Sequence record: MH051335.1
Length of the DNA: 64,000 nucleotides
From: Escherichia phage vB_EcoM-Ro157lw
Reading direction: 5' to 3' (one strand)
The stretch's first letter is position 1. Each line of letters begins with the position of its first letter. Below are positions 9,489 to 18,791 of the stretch, one piece after another. The notes below the pieces were generated by a model. The model made no database searches and had not been told where the DNA came from. It saw only the letters and a list, made by a program, of their open reading frames with translations. A program made the position numbers and the translations under genes.

Positions 9489-10106
9489 ATGACTTTCCAA
9501 ACTAGTGTAGGCCGTCAATATACAACTGGCTTTCCTGGCGACATCGTTCGCGACGGCCCACAGCGTGGGAAGCCAGGCCGAATTGCCAACGCTAACGAAG
9601 GCGCAAACGTAAACGCCATCAGCCGTGTGTTCGGTTTTAAGACTGACGTATCCTTAATGGGTACTGGTCAAACCAAAACTTTGGGCGCGCAGGACTTTGA
9701 AGTTGAGCTGGGCGGCACTAACTACTACGGCATCCTCGGCAATAGCAAGCGTTACGCGCTGTATGGCAACTCTACTGGTCCTTTGGGTGCCAGCATGGTT
9801 CTGCCTCAATATAGCGAAGGCGAGTTCTATGATATGTGCACGGGCCTCGTAGTTGAAGTATTCAACCCAAGCACCAGTCCGCAGACGCTTAACTATGGCG
9901 ACCTGCTTGCTTATGTACCTAAAGGCATTTCCAGCGGTAACAACCCGAACAACTTGCCTATTGGTGCAATTATCGCCTATACTGGCTCATTGCCAACTGG
10001 CATGGTTGCCATCCCAGGCGGTATTGTGATTGACCCGACGACTATTGCCCTTTCCGGCCCAAGCGTCCAGTCTTCCACTTATACCATTGTACAATTGACT
10101 CGTTAA
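9489..10106 (+). CDS. head structural protein (decoration or minor capsid candidate)
   Basis: Immediately upstream of the major capsid gene; Gly-rich; RBS AAAGGGG. Confidence 0.4.
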   Translation: MTFQTSVGRQYTTGFPGDIVRDGPQRGKPGRIANANEGANVNAISRVFGFKTDVSLMGTGQTKTLGAQDFEVELGGTNYYGILGNSKRYALYGNSTGPLGASMVLPQYSEGEFYDMCTGLVVEVFNPSTSPQTLNYGDLLAYVPKGISSGNNPNNLPIGAIIAYTGSLPTGMVAIPGGIVIDPTTIALSGPSVQSSTYTIVQLTR

Positions 10107-10120
10107 TAGGCAGGTGAATA

Positions 10121-11260
10121 ATGACTCGCATTAGCCAAACACACTCTCGCCTCCCAGCGAGCAAGGTGCGCCCTTTTGATATGCAATCCGTGACCGACGC
10201 GGCTGTTTCCCAGCTTGCGCGTATCGGTATTGTGTTTGATTCCGCGATTGTGCGTGATCAGATTGAGCACTTAAACCGTGCAGGCGCTTTCCGCGTAGGT
10301 GACGCCGCATTTACTGCGCCGCAGACCACGCCATCAATCCCGACCCCGCTGCAGTTCCTGCAACAGTGGCTGCCTGGCTTCGTCAAAATCATGACCGCTG
10401 CCCGTAAAATTGACGAGCTGGTTGGTATTGACACCGTTGGTCAGTGGGAAGATGCAGAAATCGTTCAGGGCATCGTTGAACCAGCTGGCACCGCAGTTGA
10501 ATATGGTGATTTCACCTCTATTCCTCTGGCAAGCTGGAACGTGAACTTTGAACGCCGTTCCATCGTTCGCGGTGAAATGGGCATGGCAGTCGGCATGCTG
10601 GAAGAAGGCCGCGCGTCTGCGATGCGTCTGAACTCTGCAGAGACCAAGCGCCAGCAGGCTGCTGTATCTCTGGAAATCATGCGTAACGCAATCGGCTTCT
10701 ATGGTTGGTATAACGGGAACAACCGCACGTTCGGCTTCCTGAATGATCCAAACCTGCCAGCGGCAATGACTTCAAACACCACTTCCGGCTGGGCTACTGC
10801 GACCTTCCAACAGGTGACTGCAGACATCCGTTTGATGGTTCGTCAAATCCGTGTCAACTCTCAGGACCAGATTGATCCAGAGAAGGTTGATATGACTCTG
10901 GCGCTGCCGACCAACTCTATTGATTGGCTGTCAAACACCACCGACTTCGGTATTTCTGTACGTGACTGGATCACCCAGACTTATCCGAAGATGAAGATCA
11001 AATCCGCACCGGAACTCAACGGCGCACTTGGCAGTGACCCGACTTTCCTGAACGTGGCATATCTGTACGCTGATCACATCGATTCCTCAATTGATGGCTC
11101 AAGCGATGATGGTTCCGTATTCAGTCAGCTGGTCCAGACTAAGTTTATGACTCTGGGCGTTGAGAAACGCGCTAAGAGCTACGTTGAAGACTACGCAAAC
11201 GCAACAGCAGGCGTTCTGCTCAAGCGTCCTTTCGCAGTCGTCCGTATGACTGGTATCTAA
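10121..11260 (+). CDS. major capsid protein
   Basis: 379 aa following scaffold; RBS AGGTGA; strong hairpin directly downstream, typical of highly expressed capsid genes. Confidence 0.7.
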   Translation: MTRISQTHSRLPASKVRPFDMQSVTDAAVSQLARIGIVFDSAIVRDQIEHLNRAGAFRVGDAAFTAPQTTPSIPTPLQFLQQWLPGFVKIMTAARKIDELVGIDTVGQWEDAEIVQGIVEPAGTAVEYGDFTSIPLASWNVNFERRSIVRGEMGMAVGMLEEGRASAMRLNSAETKRQQAAVSLEIMRNAIGFYGWYNGNNRTFGFLNDPNLPAAMTSNTTSGWATATFQQVTADIRLMVRQIRVNSQDQIDPEKVDMTLALPTNSIDWLSNTTDFGISVRDWITQTYPKMKIKSAPELNGALGSDPTFLNVAYLYADHIDSSIDGSSDDGSVFSQLVQTKFMTLGVEKRAKSYVEDYANATAGVLLKRPFAVVRMTGI

Positions 11261-11285
11261 TTGCTGTGATTACACAGTAAAACAC

Positions 11286-11315
11286 ATGGGGCGTGGTCGA
11301 AAGGCTTCGCCCCAT
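11286..11315 (+). terminator. stem-loop downstream of capsid gene (ATGGGGCG...CGCCCCAT)
   Basis: 8-bp perfect stem with 14-nt loop; U-tract weak, so may act as an attenuator or RNA stabiliser. Confidence 0.4.
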
Positions 11316-11375
11316 ATCAATAGACCTCAAGGGCTGTAGGGGCTTATCTGAGGCTTATATAAATAGGACTACAAA

Positions 11376-11840
11376 ATGCCAAAATACATCGTTTCAACTA
11401 TGTCTATGTCAGTCAACTACACTTTCTATACGGAAGTGAAAGAAAACCCGAATGCAAAAGCTGGTTCAGGCGCTCTTCCAAATATTCGCAAACAGATTCT
11501 GATCAAGGGCGGTGCTGGTCTTACTTCGGCAACTTCCGGCTTTGGTGAAATGGCAAAAGGCGCTGATGGTGCACCTTTGTGGACTCCTGAAGGAATCGTC
11601 ACCGTTGTAAGCGATGCTGATTTTGAACATTTAAAAGATCATCACGTATTCAAGCAGCACCTTGAAAAAGGTCTGGTTAAAGTGGTTAACCACGACATCG
11701 TTGGCAATCATAAAGCTGTCGCTAAAGAAGTGCGCGGCATGTCAGATGACCCGTTCGCACCTATGACGCGTGAGACGGCTGACAAGCGCATCAAGGTTAA
11801 ATTGAGCGGCGAACAAGAAGATGATTTGTTCCGCGTTTAA
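11376..11840 (+). CDS. hypothetical virion protein (154 aa)
   Basis: ORF in structural operon between capsid and sheath. Confidence 0.45.
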   Translation: MPKYIVSTMSMSVNYTFYTEVKENPNAKAGSGALPNIRKQILIKGGAGLTSATSGFGEMAKGADGAPLWTPEGIVTVVSDADFEHLKDHHVFKQHLEKGLVKVVNHDIVGNHKAVAKEVRGMSDDPFAPMTRETADKRIKVKLSGEQEDDLFRV

Positions 11841-11845
11841 ATAAG

Positions 11846-12310
11846 GTGAATGCCATGTCATTAGATTACGAAAAGTTCAGAATAAAATTTCCACAGTTTG
11901 CTGATCAGGTAAAATTCCCTGACACAATGCTTCAAGTATTCTATGACATGGCATGTGAATTTATTGAATCACAAGACAGTCCTTGTCGTGTTTTAAATGG
12001 CAGTAAATTGGAGCTGGCATTGGAATATATGACGGCTCATCTTTTATGCATAGCCACAGACCAACAGGTGTCTGTGTCTTCTGGTGACGGAGTTGAACAA
12101 GGCGGCTTCGTGACTGGTGCAACAATCGGTGACATCACCGTGAATAAGGTAGCGCCGCCTGCAAGTGATGGTTGGGAATACTGGCTTTCAAGCACTCCTT
12201 ATGGCATGGCGCTTTGGGCGCTTCTGCAAGCACTGGCTGTCGGCGGCTTGTCGTTTGGCGGTCTTCCAGAGCGCGAAGGATTTCGTAAAATTGGTGGGGT
12301 ATTCTGGTGA
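11846..12310 (+). CDS. head-tail joining protein candidate (154 aa)
   Basis: Gene order only; RBS AAGGTGA. Confidence 0.4.
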   Translation: MNAMSLDYEKFRIKFPQFADQVKFPDTMLQVFYDMACEFIESQDSPCRVLNGSKLELALEYMTAHLLCIATDQQVSVSSGDGVEQGGFVTGATIGDITVNKVAPPASDGWEYWLSSTPYGMALWALLQALAVGGLSFGGLPEREGFRKIGGVFW

Positions 12311-12693
12311 GGATTCCTGGCGTGAACTTATATCGAGTTGCGACAAAGGTCATCGGTCGCCAACCGATTCAATATTACATGTACAAGGGGCGCACTCTTG
12401 ATAAAATGCGCAACTACGTTACCACTTATGAAGAACCAATCACGCTACTTGCTTCGGTGCAGGCTGTTCTTCGAAATCAATACGTCGAGCTTGGATTGGA
12501 GCTTCAAAAGAACTATGTCAAAATCTGGGTAGACAAAGACATTGTTGACCTTGACCGCGACGCTTCCGGCGACTATTTTGTGTTTGGTGGGAAAACGTAT
12601 AAAATGGAAGATGAAACGACATGGTTTGACCAAGATGGTTGGACGACTTGCCTTGCCGTGGAAATAAAACAAAGCTTTCCAGTGTCTACTTGA
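12307..12693 (+). CDS. head-tail joining protein candidate (128 aa)
   Basis: Gene order only; overlapping stop/start with neighbours. Confidence 0.4.
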   Translation: MRIPGVNLYRVATKVIGRQPIQYYMYKGRTLDKMRNYVTTYEEPITLLASVQAVLRNQYVELGLELQKNYVKIWVDKDIVDLDRDASGDYFVFGGKTYKMEDETTWFDQDGWTTCLAVEIKQSFPVST

Positions 12694-12694
12694 G

Positions 12695-13276
12695 GTGTAT
12701 ATGACAGATGTCGACCTGATTGACATGCTGGCAACGCGAATTGAAGAAGGTCTGGCGGCGTATAGTCGTGCAGACCTTTCTGCTGTTCCGGTCCAGAAAA
12801 AGTATCAACCGACTCAACAGGGTATTCCGACTGGTGACCAAATTTGGTTTAACCTTTTATTCTCAGTTCCGTTTGGATGGTCCATGAGGAAAAGTGAATT
12901 TGTCAATGATGAGTCTCAATTTGTAAACGGAAAATTCAAAGATATTGAAGATCAAATATACGCTACACGTTTTCAAATCAGCGGCTTATTTCCAGAAGTT
13001 CCTGGCAATCCAGAAAAGCCTACTGCTAATGACGTATTGACTTATTTGGCAAGATTCATAACTCATAAAGCGAATTTGAGGGATTGGTTCAAAAAGCATC
13101 AGGCATCAGTATATCGAATCGACATGAATAATAATGAAAAGTTTTATGATGACATGTCGCAATTTGAATCATTCCCTTCTTTTGATTTGGTAATACTTCA
13201 CAGAAACGCAATTTCAATTGATACTCCTGCTGTTGCAAGAGCTGTTAATAATGATTTGGGTGATATTCCGGTGTAA
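12695..13276 (+). CDS. hypothetical virion protein (193 aa)
   Basis: Gene order only. Confidence 0.4.
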   Translation: MYMTDVDLIDMLATRIEEGLAAYSRADLSAVPVQKKYQPTQQGIPTGDQIWFNLLFSVPFGWSMRKSEFVNDESQFVNGKFKDIEDQIYATRFQISGLFPEVPGNPEKPTANDVLTYLARFITHKANLRDWFKKHQASVYRIDMNNNEKFYDDMSQFESFPSFDLVILHRNAISIDTPAVARAVNNDLGDIPV

Positions 13277-13277
13277 T

Positions 13278-13763
13278 ATGACAAAATCAAAAATGATAGA
13301 AAAACAGATTAAGGCGCTTCAGTCTATGAAGGGTCTTACTGTTGAGGCAGGATGGTTTGATTCTACCAGATACCCTTCAGAAACTGGTGGAGAAGGAATA
13401 CTGGTGTCAGAAGTCGCGCGGCTTAACGAGTTTGGTCACATAGCCGTTTTGAACTTTGGACAAGGCCCAGTCAGGGTAGAAGTGCCACCCAGACCATTCA
13501 TGAGATATGCCTATGAATTATTCGTTAGTGAGCGCAGTGAAATAGAGAATAAAATTGCTAAAAAGATTTTTTCCGGTAAAATAGACGCTAGACAGGCATT
13601 GGGTCAAATTGGGCTTGCGATGGAAGCAAAGATTGTCGAATCAATTAAAAACGGACCGTGGCAACCAAATGCCAGATATACTGTACGTGTGAAGGGATTC
13701 GACAAGCCTTTGATTCACACTAGCCTCATGTGGCAATCTGTCAGCAGCCAAGTCATTAAATAA
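13278..13763 (+). CDS. tail completion / virion morphogenesis protein candidate (161 aa)
   Basis: Gene order just before the sheath; ATG 13278 follows the upstream stop at 13276. Confidence 0.4.
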   Translation: MTKSKMIEKQIKALQSMKGLTVEAGWFDSTRYPSETGGEGILVSEVARLNEFGHIAVLNFGQGPVRVEVPPRPFMRYAYELFVSERSEIENKIAKKIFSGKIDARQALGQIGLAMEAKIVESIKNGPWQPNARYTVRVKGFDKPLIHTSLMWQSVSSQVIK

Positions 13764-13775
13764 GAGGACACCGAC

Positions 13776-15314
13776 GTGATCAGTCAATCTCGTTATATTA
13801 AAATTGTATCAGGGGTCGGAGCAGGCGCGGCTGTTGCAGTTCGCAAACTGTCGCTTCGCGTCATGACTTCTAATACAGTTCTGCCGCCGGGCATTGTAGC
13901 AGAATTTTCAACGGCTGATGCTGTTGGATCATATTTCGGTTATTCTTCCGAAGAATATAAGCGCGCAGCATTATATTTTGGATTCATCAGCAAGCAAATT
14001 AACTCGCCTGATTCAATCAGCTTCTCGCGTATTGTTTCAACTGCGATTCCAGCAATGGTAATCGGTGATACTGAGCCTAAAGTGCTTGCTACGTTTCAAG
14101 CATTCACTGGCGCTATTTTAAGCATCACTTATGATGGCACAGACTACCTGACTGACGCAATTAACCTTTCAGCGGCAACAAGTCTGGCGAATGTGGCTGA
14201 ACTTCTGGAAACGGCAATCAATACTAAATTTGCAGCAGAAGGTGGCACGTCGGTGCCTGCACTTGCTGATGCAGAAGTGTATTGGAACGCTAATACTCAG
14301 CAGTTCACGCTGGAAGCAGCGCCGTCGACCGCTGGCGCAGGCAACCTGTCTATCAACGTCACAGGCCAACCGACCGACCCGTCTCAAGCATTGGGTTGGA
14401 CCACCACTGGCACCGTAACCGTTGCAGGCCAGGGCGTTTCAAGTCCGGTAGAAGCAATCGCAGCATCTGTGGAAATCTCCAACAACTTCGGCTCATTCCT
14501 TTTTGCTGGGGCTGACCGAACTCTGGAAGAAATTACCGCTGTGGCAGCGTGGAATCATTCGCAGAATAATATGTACATGTATTTATTCTCGACTTCGTTC
14601 GCTAATATCGGGTCATACTACACCGCTCTGAAAGGGTACTCAGGCGTTGGCATGATGATTCGCGCCACTAACCTTGCAAACGATTACATCGACCAAGCGC
14701 CTGCTGAAATCCTCGCGGCGACGAACTATAATACTGTGAATGCGACTCAAAACTACATGTATTATCAGTTTGATACTCGCAACGTGACTGTTTCAACTGA
14801 CTCTCGCGCAGATACTGCTGATCAAAATCGTGCTAACTACATCGGTGCAACTCAGCAGGCCGGACAAACCTTGGCATTCTTCCAGCGCGGCGTATTGATG
14901 GGCGGGTCTACCGCAGCAGTTGACATGAATACTTATGCCAACGAGATGTGGCTTAAATCTGCTATCACTTCTCAGCTGTTCAGCATGTTCTTGAATCTTG
15001 GTCGCGTGCCTGCAAACGAAGAAGGTAAAGCGACTGTACAAGCCATGATTCAAGTTGCTGTTGACAATGCGAAGGTTAACGGCACCATCTCTGTTGGCAA
15101 GGCGCTGACTGAGATTCAGAAACAATACATCACGCAAACTTCCGGTGACAACACTGCTTGGCGGCAGGTTGAAACTATCGGTTACTGGCTGACTGTAGAT
15201 TTTGATACTGAAACCACTTCCGATGGGCGCACCGAATACTATGCAACATACACGCTAATCTACTCTAAAGATGATGCTGTGCGTCGCGTTGAAGGTCGTG
15301 ACGTCCTTATCTAA
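13776..15314 (+). CDS. tail sheath protein
   Basis: 512 aa, GTG start with RBS AAGAGGA; followed by a 155-aa tube-like gene, as in contractile-tail modules. Confidence 0.55.
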   Translation: MISQSRYIKIVSGVGAGAAVAVRKLSLRVMTSNTVLPPGIVAEFSTADAVGSYFGYSSEEYKRAALYFGFISKQINSPDSISFSRIVSTAIPAMVIGDTEPKVLATFQAFTGAILSITYDGTDYLTDAINLSAATSLANVAELLETAINTKFAAEGGTSVPALADAEVYWNANTQQFTLEAAPSTAGAGNLSINVTGQPTDPSQALGWTTTGTVTVAGQGVSSPVEAIAASVEISNNFGSFLFAGADRTLEEITAVAAWNHSQNNMYMYLFSTSFANIGSYYTALKGYSGVGMMIRATNLANDYIDQAPAEILAATNYNTVNATQNYMYYQFDTRNVTVSTDSRADTADQNRANYIGATQQAGQTLAFFQRGVLMGGSTAAVDMNTYANEMWLKSAITSQLFSMFLNLGRVPANEEGKATVQAMIQVAVDNAKVNGTISVGKALTEIQKQYITQTSGDNTAWRQVETIGYWLTVDFDTETTSDGRTEYYATYTLIYSKDDAVRRVEGRDVLI

Positions 15315-15320
15315 ATAATT

Positions 15321-15338
15321 GCCGCCGTAACTGGCGGC
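15321..15338 (+). other. short GC hairpin GCCGCC-GTAACT-GGCGGC between sheath and tube genes
   Basis: 6-bp perfect stem read directly; no U-tract. Confidence 0.3.
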
Positions 15339-15361
15339 CATCTCTCTGAGAGGAATCTGTA

Positions 15362-15829
15362 ATGATTAACGTTTCCGGTTTTGGCGCTTCGATTCGTTTA
15401 GTGGCATCAAACACTTTTCCAAATGGTGTAACTCTTTCTGATTTCGCAGATGATGCTGATCCGATTGACGCGCCTGATCTTCAAATCTCTGAAGCCGCAA
15501 TGGGGTTGAACGGTGACCTGGTAGTCTGGAACCGTGCCAACCCTCTTGAAGTAGGCGTCAACATCATCCCTACTTCTGAAAGCGATGTAAACTTAGATGT
15601 TCTGGCAGCGGCTAACCGTGTAGGCAAGCGCAAGAACTCTGCGAAAGACGTGATCACCCTTATTCTGACCTACCCTTCTGGCATGGTCATCACACTGAAC
15701 AAGGGAACTTTGACGACTGGTTCAGTGATTCCTGGCATCCAGTCTCAGGGTCGTGTAAAAACACGTCAATATCGCTTTAAGTTTGAGAACGTAGTCAAAA
15801 CTGGCGTGAGCAACCAAGAGATTTTATAA
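15362..15829 (+). CDS. tail tube protein
   Basis: 155 aa directly after the sheath; paralogous to 16780-17277. Confidence 0.5.
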   Translation: MINVSGFGASIRLVASNTFPNGVTLSDFADDADPIDAPDLQISEAAMGLNGDLVVWNRANPLEVGVNIIPTSESDVNLDVLAAANRVGKRKNSAKDVITLILTYPSGMVITLNKGTLTTGSVIPGIQSQGRVKTRQYRFKFENVVKTGVSNQEIL

Positions 15830-16158
15830 TGTATCAAATACCACTTGACAGCGTACCTAACCAGAATATCAGCTTTAACGTTGACGGTGCTTATTGGCAG
15901 CTGCACATATTCGCCGCAATTGAGCACATGTGCGCAGATGTTTACCGCAATGGCGAATTGTTGATTCAGGGGGTACGTTGTTTTGGTGGTATACCAATGG
16001 TGCCTTATAAATATCTCATGATTGGGTACGGCAACTTTATTTTTGACAGCGTACCCGATTATGAGCATTTTAACTCTGGCGGCTGTAATTTATATTACAT
16101 GTCAGAATCTGAGTTGGCTGAATTCCAGAAAACTGCTGAAGCGGAGTTTGCAATTTGA
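15829..16158 (+). CDS. hypothetical tail protein (109 aa)
   Basis: Gene order; overlapping start/stop. Confidence 0.4.
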   Translation: MYQIPLDSVPNQNISFNVDGAYWQLHIFAAIEHMCADVYRNGELLIQGVRCFGGIPMVPYKYLMIGYGNFIFDSVPDYEHFNSGGCNLYYMSESELAEFQKTAEAEFAI

Positions 16159-16511
16159 CAACTCTAACGATTGAAGTTAATGATAACAATGACCTGTTTC
16201 TGCCTGATGGAAGAAATTTGAATATTCTGTCAGGAGAAAAGGCCATGGTACAAGTTATCAAGGCGGCGCATCAAATGCGACTTGGTGAAGACTTGTACGA
16301 TGTTGAAAACGGAGTCGATTATTTAGGCACTGTTTTCAAATCGCCCGTTGATGAAGACGGTGCGAGAAAGTCGATTGCAGATGCTATTCTGAAGAAAGCA
16401 GACGTTGCCGGAATCGACTCATTGACTGTCACCATCCAAAACGGTATTCTTGGATTCACCGCTGAAGTGGTGACTATTTATGGCGAACGTATAAAGGTGA
16501 GTAATCAATAA
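16155..16511 (+). CDS. hypothetical tail protein (118 aa)
   Basis: Gene order; overlapping start/stop. Confidence 0.4.
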   Translation: MTTLTIEVNDNNDLFLPDGRNLNILSGEKAMVQVIKAAHQMRLGEDLYDVENGVDYLGTVFKSPVDEDGARKSIADAILKKADVAGIDSLTVTIQNGILGFTAEVVTIYGERIKVSNQ

Positions 16512-16777
16512 TGGCACAAGTAATTCATTTTGCTAATGGCGTCATGAAATTTGGCGAAAAATTTGAAGACGCATCGGAATTATTCAAAAAGACTTCAAAC
16601 CCTGTTGCGGAGAAGAAAGAACAGGTTGAAGAGAAGGCAGTAGAATCGAAAGTTGATTTTGATTCAATGAGCGTCTCTGAATTGAAGGCTTATGCAAAGG
16701 AACATGAGATTGACATCAAAGGTCTTTCTTATAAGGATGAAATTCTTGCAGCAGTTAAATCTGCATCTGCGGAGTAA
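16511..16777 (+). CDS. small protein with C-terminal SAP/Rho-N-like helix-extension-helix motif
   Basis: SVSELKAYAKEHEIDIKGLSYKDEILAAV resembles SAP/Rho_N motifs. Confidence 0.4.
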   Translation: MAQVIHFANGVMKFGEKFEDASELFKKTSNPVAEKKEQVEEKAVESKVDFDSMSVSELKAYAKEHEIDIKGLSYKDEILAAVKSASAE

Positions 16778-16779
16778 AC

Positions 16780-17277
16780 ATGGTCAATATTAGTGGATTT
16801 GGCACAAGCATTAGAATTGTCGCTCTCCAATCTTTTCCTGTTGGGCTGAATATCAGTTCTTTGTCTGATGACCAGGATTCGCTAATTATTGAGGAAGTTG
16901 AATCAGTAGGCTATCAACTTACTTATGACGGCGGCATTTGTATTTATGACAAGGCCGCCGTCGTTCGCGTATCCATTGCAGTGATCCCAAACACTGAAGA
17001 CGACATAAACCTAAAGCTTTTGCTTTCCGCTCGTAAAGGCGGATTCAAGTGGCTTCCTATACAGGATGTCACATCAATGCTTATTACATATCCTGATGGC
17101 GGCAGAGTAGCATTTTCGAACGGGACCATAATCAGCGGTCCGCTTGGCGACTCCATTGAGCAATCCGGTCGTCGTAAGACAAACAGATATACATTTGTGT
17201 TTGCCAGCTACGGCGGCGCACAGAGCACATCACAAATTGCAAAAGGCGTGGTGCAGAGCATATTGGGGTCAATTTAA
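16780..17277 (+). CDS. tail tube-like protein, paralog of 15362-15829
   Basis: N-terminus MVNISGFGTSIRIVALQSFPVGL aligns with MINVSGFGASIRLVASNTFPNGV of the upstream tube gene; similar length. Confidence 0.5.
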   Translation: MVNISGFGTSIRIVALQSFPVGLNISSLSDDQDSLIIEEVESVGYQLTYDGGICIYDKAAVVRVSIAVIPNTEDDINLKLLLSARKGGFKWLPIQDVTSMLITYPDGGRVAFSNGTIISGPLGDSIEQSGRRKTNRYTFVFASYGGAQSTSQIAKGVVQSILGSI

Positions 17278-17810
17278 TGGCTATCGATTTATTGTCATAT
17301 AGTCTTTCCAACAGAAGCTTCACAATAAGAAGCTTCAACCTTGGGGAAGTGTCAACGCTTGGTTGGGCGATTGTTAACGTTAAAATAAGACTCCAAGCAA
17401 AGATATTCAAGAACCAAAGGGAGGATGGAAGCTATATTGTCGATGGCAGGGTCAAAATGCCTAGAATATTGACTGTGACTGTAATAGCACAGACAAAAAG
17501 CGCGTCCGAAGCAATCGCAAAGATGCTGCAAAATAGGTCCACTATATACACAATAAATTCTCGTGGGCTAATATTTGAACGTATGGTGCTGCAAAATAAC
17601 AATTTCAGCCAAGATGCTGACAATATAACTTCACAACCCATACAACTGGTCTTCCACGAGATATTAACACAGCAGGATGTGTCTATTCAAACAGCGCAAG
17701 CAGCCGACTCCACTGTCATTGAGCGCGGCATCGCTTATATAAAAGAGACTACTGCCAGCGTCACTGGCGTTGCAACAAAGGTGATGAATGGCATCAAGGG
17801 GATGCTCTGA
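17277..17810 (+). CDS. hypothetical tail protein (177 aa)
   Basis: Gene order. Confidence 0.4.
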   Translation: MAIDLLSYSLSNRSFTIRSFNLGEVSTLGWAIVNVKIRLQAKIFKNQREDGSYIVDGRVKMPRILTVTVIAQTKSASEAIAKMLQNRSTIYTINSRGLIFERMVLQNNNFSQDADNITSQPIQLVFHEILTQQDVSIQTAQAADSTVIERGIAYIKETTASVTGVATKVMNGIKGML

Positions 17811-18370
17811 TGGACTTTGTTTCGATTCTGCTTTCTGGTCAATCTCTGACCATAACGAATGAGTCGACAGGGCTTCCTGTCTGGACAAGGCTTTCTCCAG
17901 TGTCTGCAGAAATAACATCACCAGCAGAAACTACTCAATTTCCACTTGCTGGAACGGCGATGCAGGTGGTGGAAGTATCAAGCACATCCTCAGTAAGTAA
18001 TTTACAGGCGGCAAAAGTAATAATGCCAGCGCACATGGCGCTAAACGTAATTTGCAACGACCAATCGACTATTGAAAACATAATTAATACATTCGACAAT
18101 GATGAAGTCACATTTTCAATAACTTCTCGAAGCATAATTGCAAGCAAAATGTCGATGTCTGATGTCGAAATAACTCAGTCAGAAGAAAACCTGAATGGAG
18201 TCTCAATTGTAATAACATTTGAACAGACGTCATTTAGTATTCAAGGAAGCTTTGACCCTAAACAGTCCGCAGATGAATCGTCAAATGGCGTGGCTATTAA
18301 AGAGCCAGTCAGTTTGACTACAACTGTGAGTTCGTTATATAATAAAATAAAATCAACAGTAGGAATATAA
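17810..18370 (+). CDS. hypothetical tail protein (186 aa)
   Basis: Gene order. Confidence 0.4.
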   Translation: MDFVSILLSGQSLTITNESTGLPVWTRLSPVSAEITSPAETTQFPLAGTAMQVVEVSSTSSVSNLQAAKVIMPAHMALNVICNDQSTIENIINTFDNDEVTFSITSRSIIASKMSMSDVEITQSEENLNGVSIVITFEQTSFSIQGSFDPKQSADESSNGVAIKEPVSLTTTVSSLYNKIKSTVGI

Positions 18371-18371
18371 A

Positions 18372-18788
18372 ATGAAGATCACCAATAAACAAACCGGTCG
18401 TAAAGTAGAAATTAAAATCAGCAAAATGACTGCGATGGAAGGCTGGAACATCCAGCGCCGATTTATCGAATTTGCAATGTCAAAAGACCCTGCATTCCGT
18501 TCAGAATACACAATGGAAGTATTAAGCTTTGCAAAGGTTGAACTTGATGTCGGGCAAGAAATTCCGCTGAGCACTGGCGCACTTATTGACAACCATCTTG
18601 GCGACTGGGAAAACTTGAAATTGGTTTTCGAAGCGGTGTTGATGGAAAACGGAATCAACCCAGAGACTCACGCTGAACGTGAAGGATACTGGGAACAAGC
18701 CGGCGGCGAAATGGCTGCAGCATTTATTGGCGAATCGATGCGATTAATCGCGCCATTCCTCAGCGGCGAGACTCCAAACAAGGGGTAA
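18372..18788 (+). CDS. tail assembly chaperone candidate
   Basis: 138-aa acidic protein immediately upstream of the tape measure gene; positional inference only. Confidence 0.4.
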   Translation: MKITNKQTGRKVEIKISKMTAMEGWNIQRRFIEFAMSKDPAFRSEYTMEVLSFAKVELDVGQEIPLSTGALIDNHLGDWENLKLVFEAVLMENGINPETHAEREGYWEQAGGEMAAAFIGESMRLIAPFLSGETPNKG

Positions 18789-18791
18789 ACT

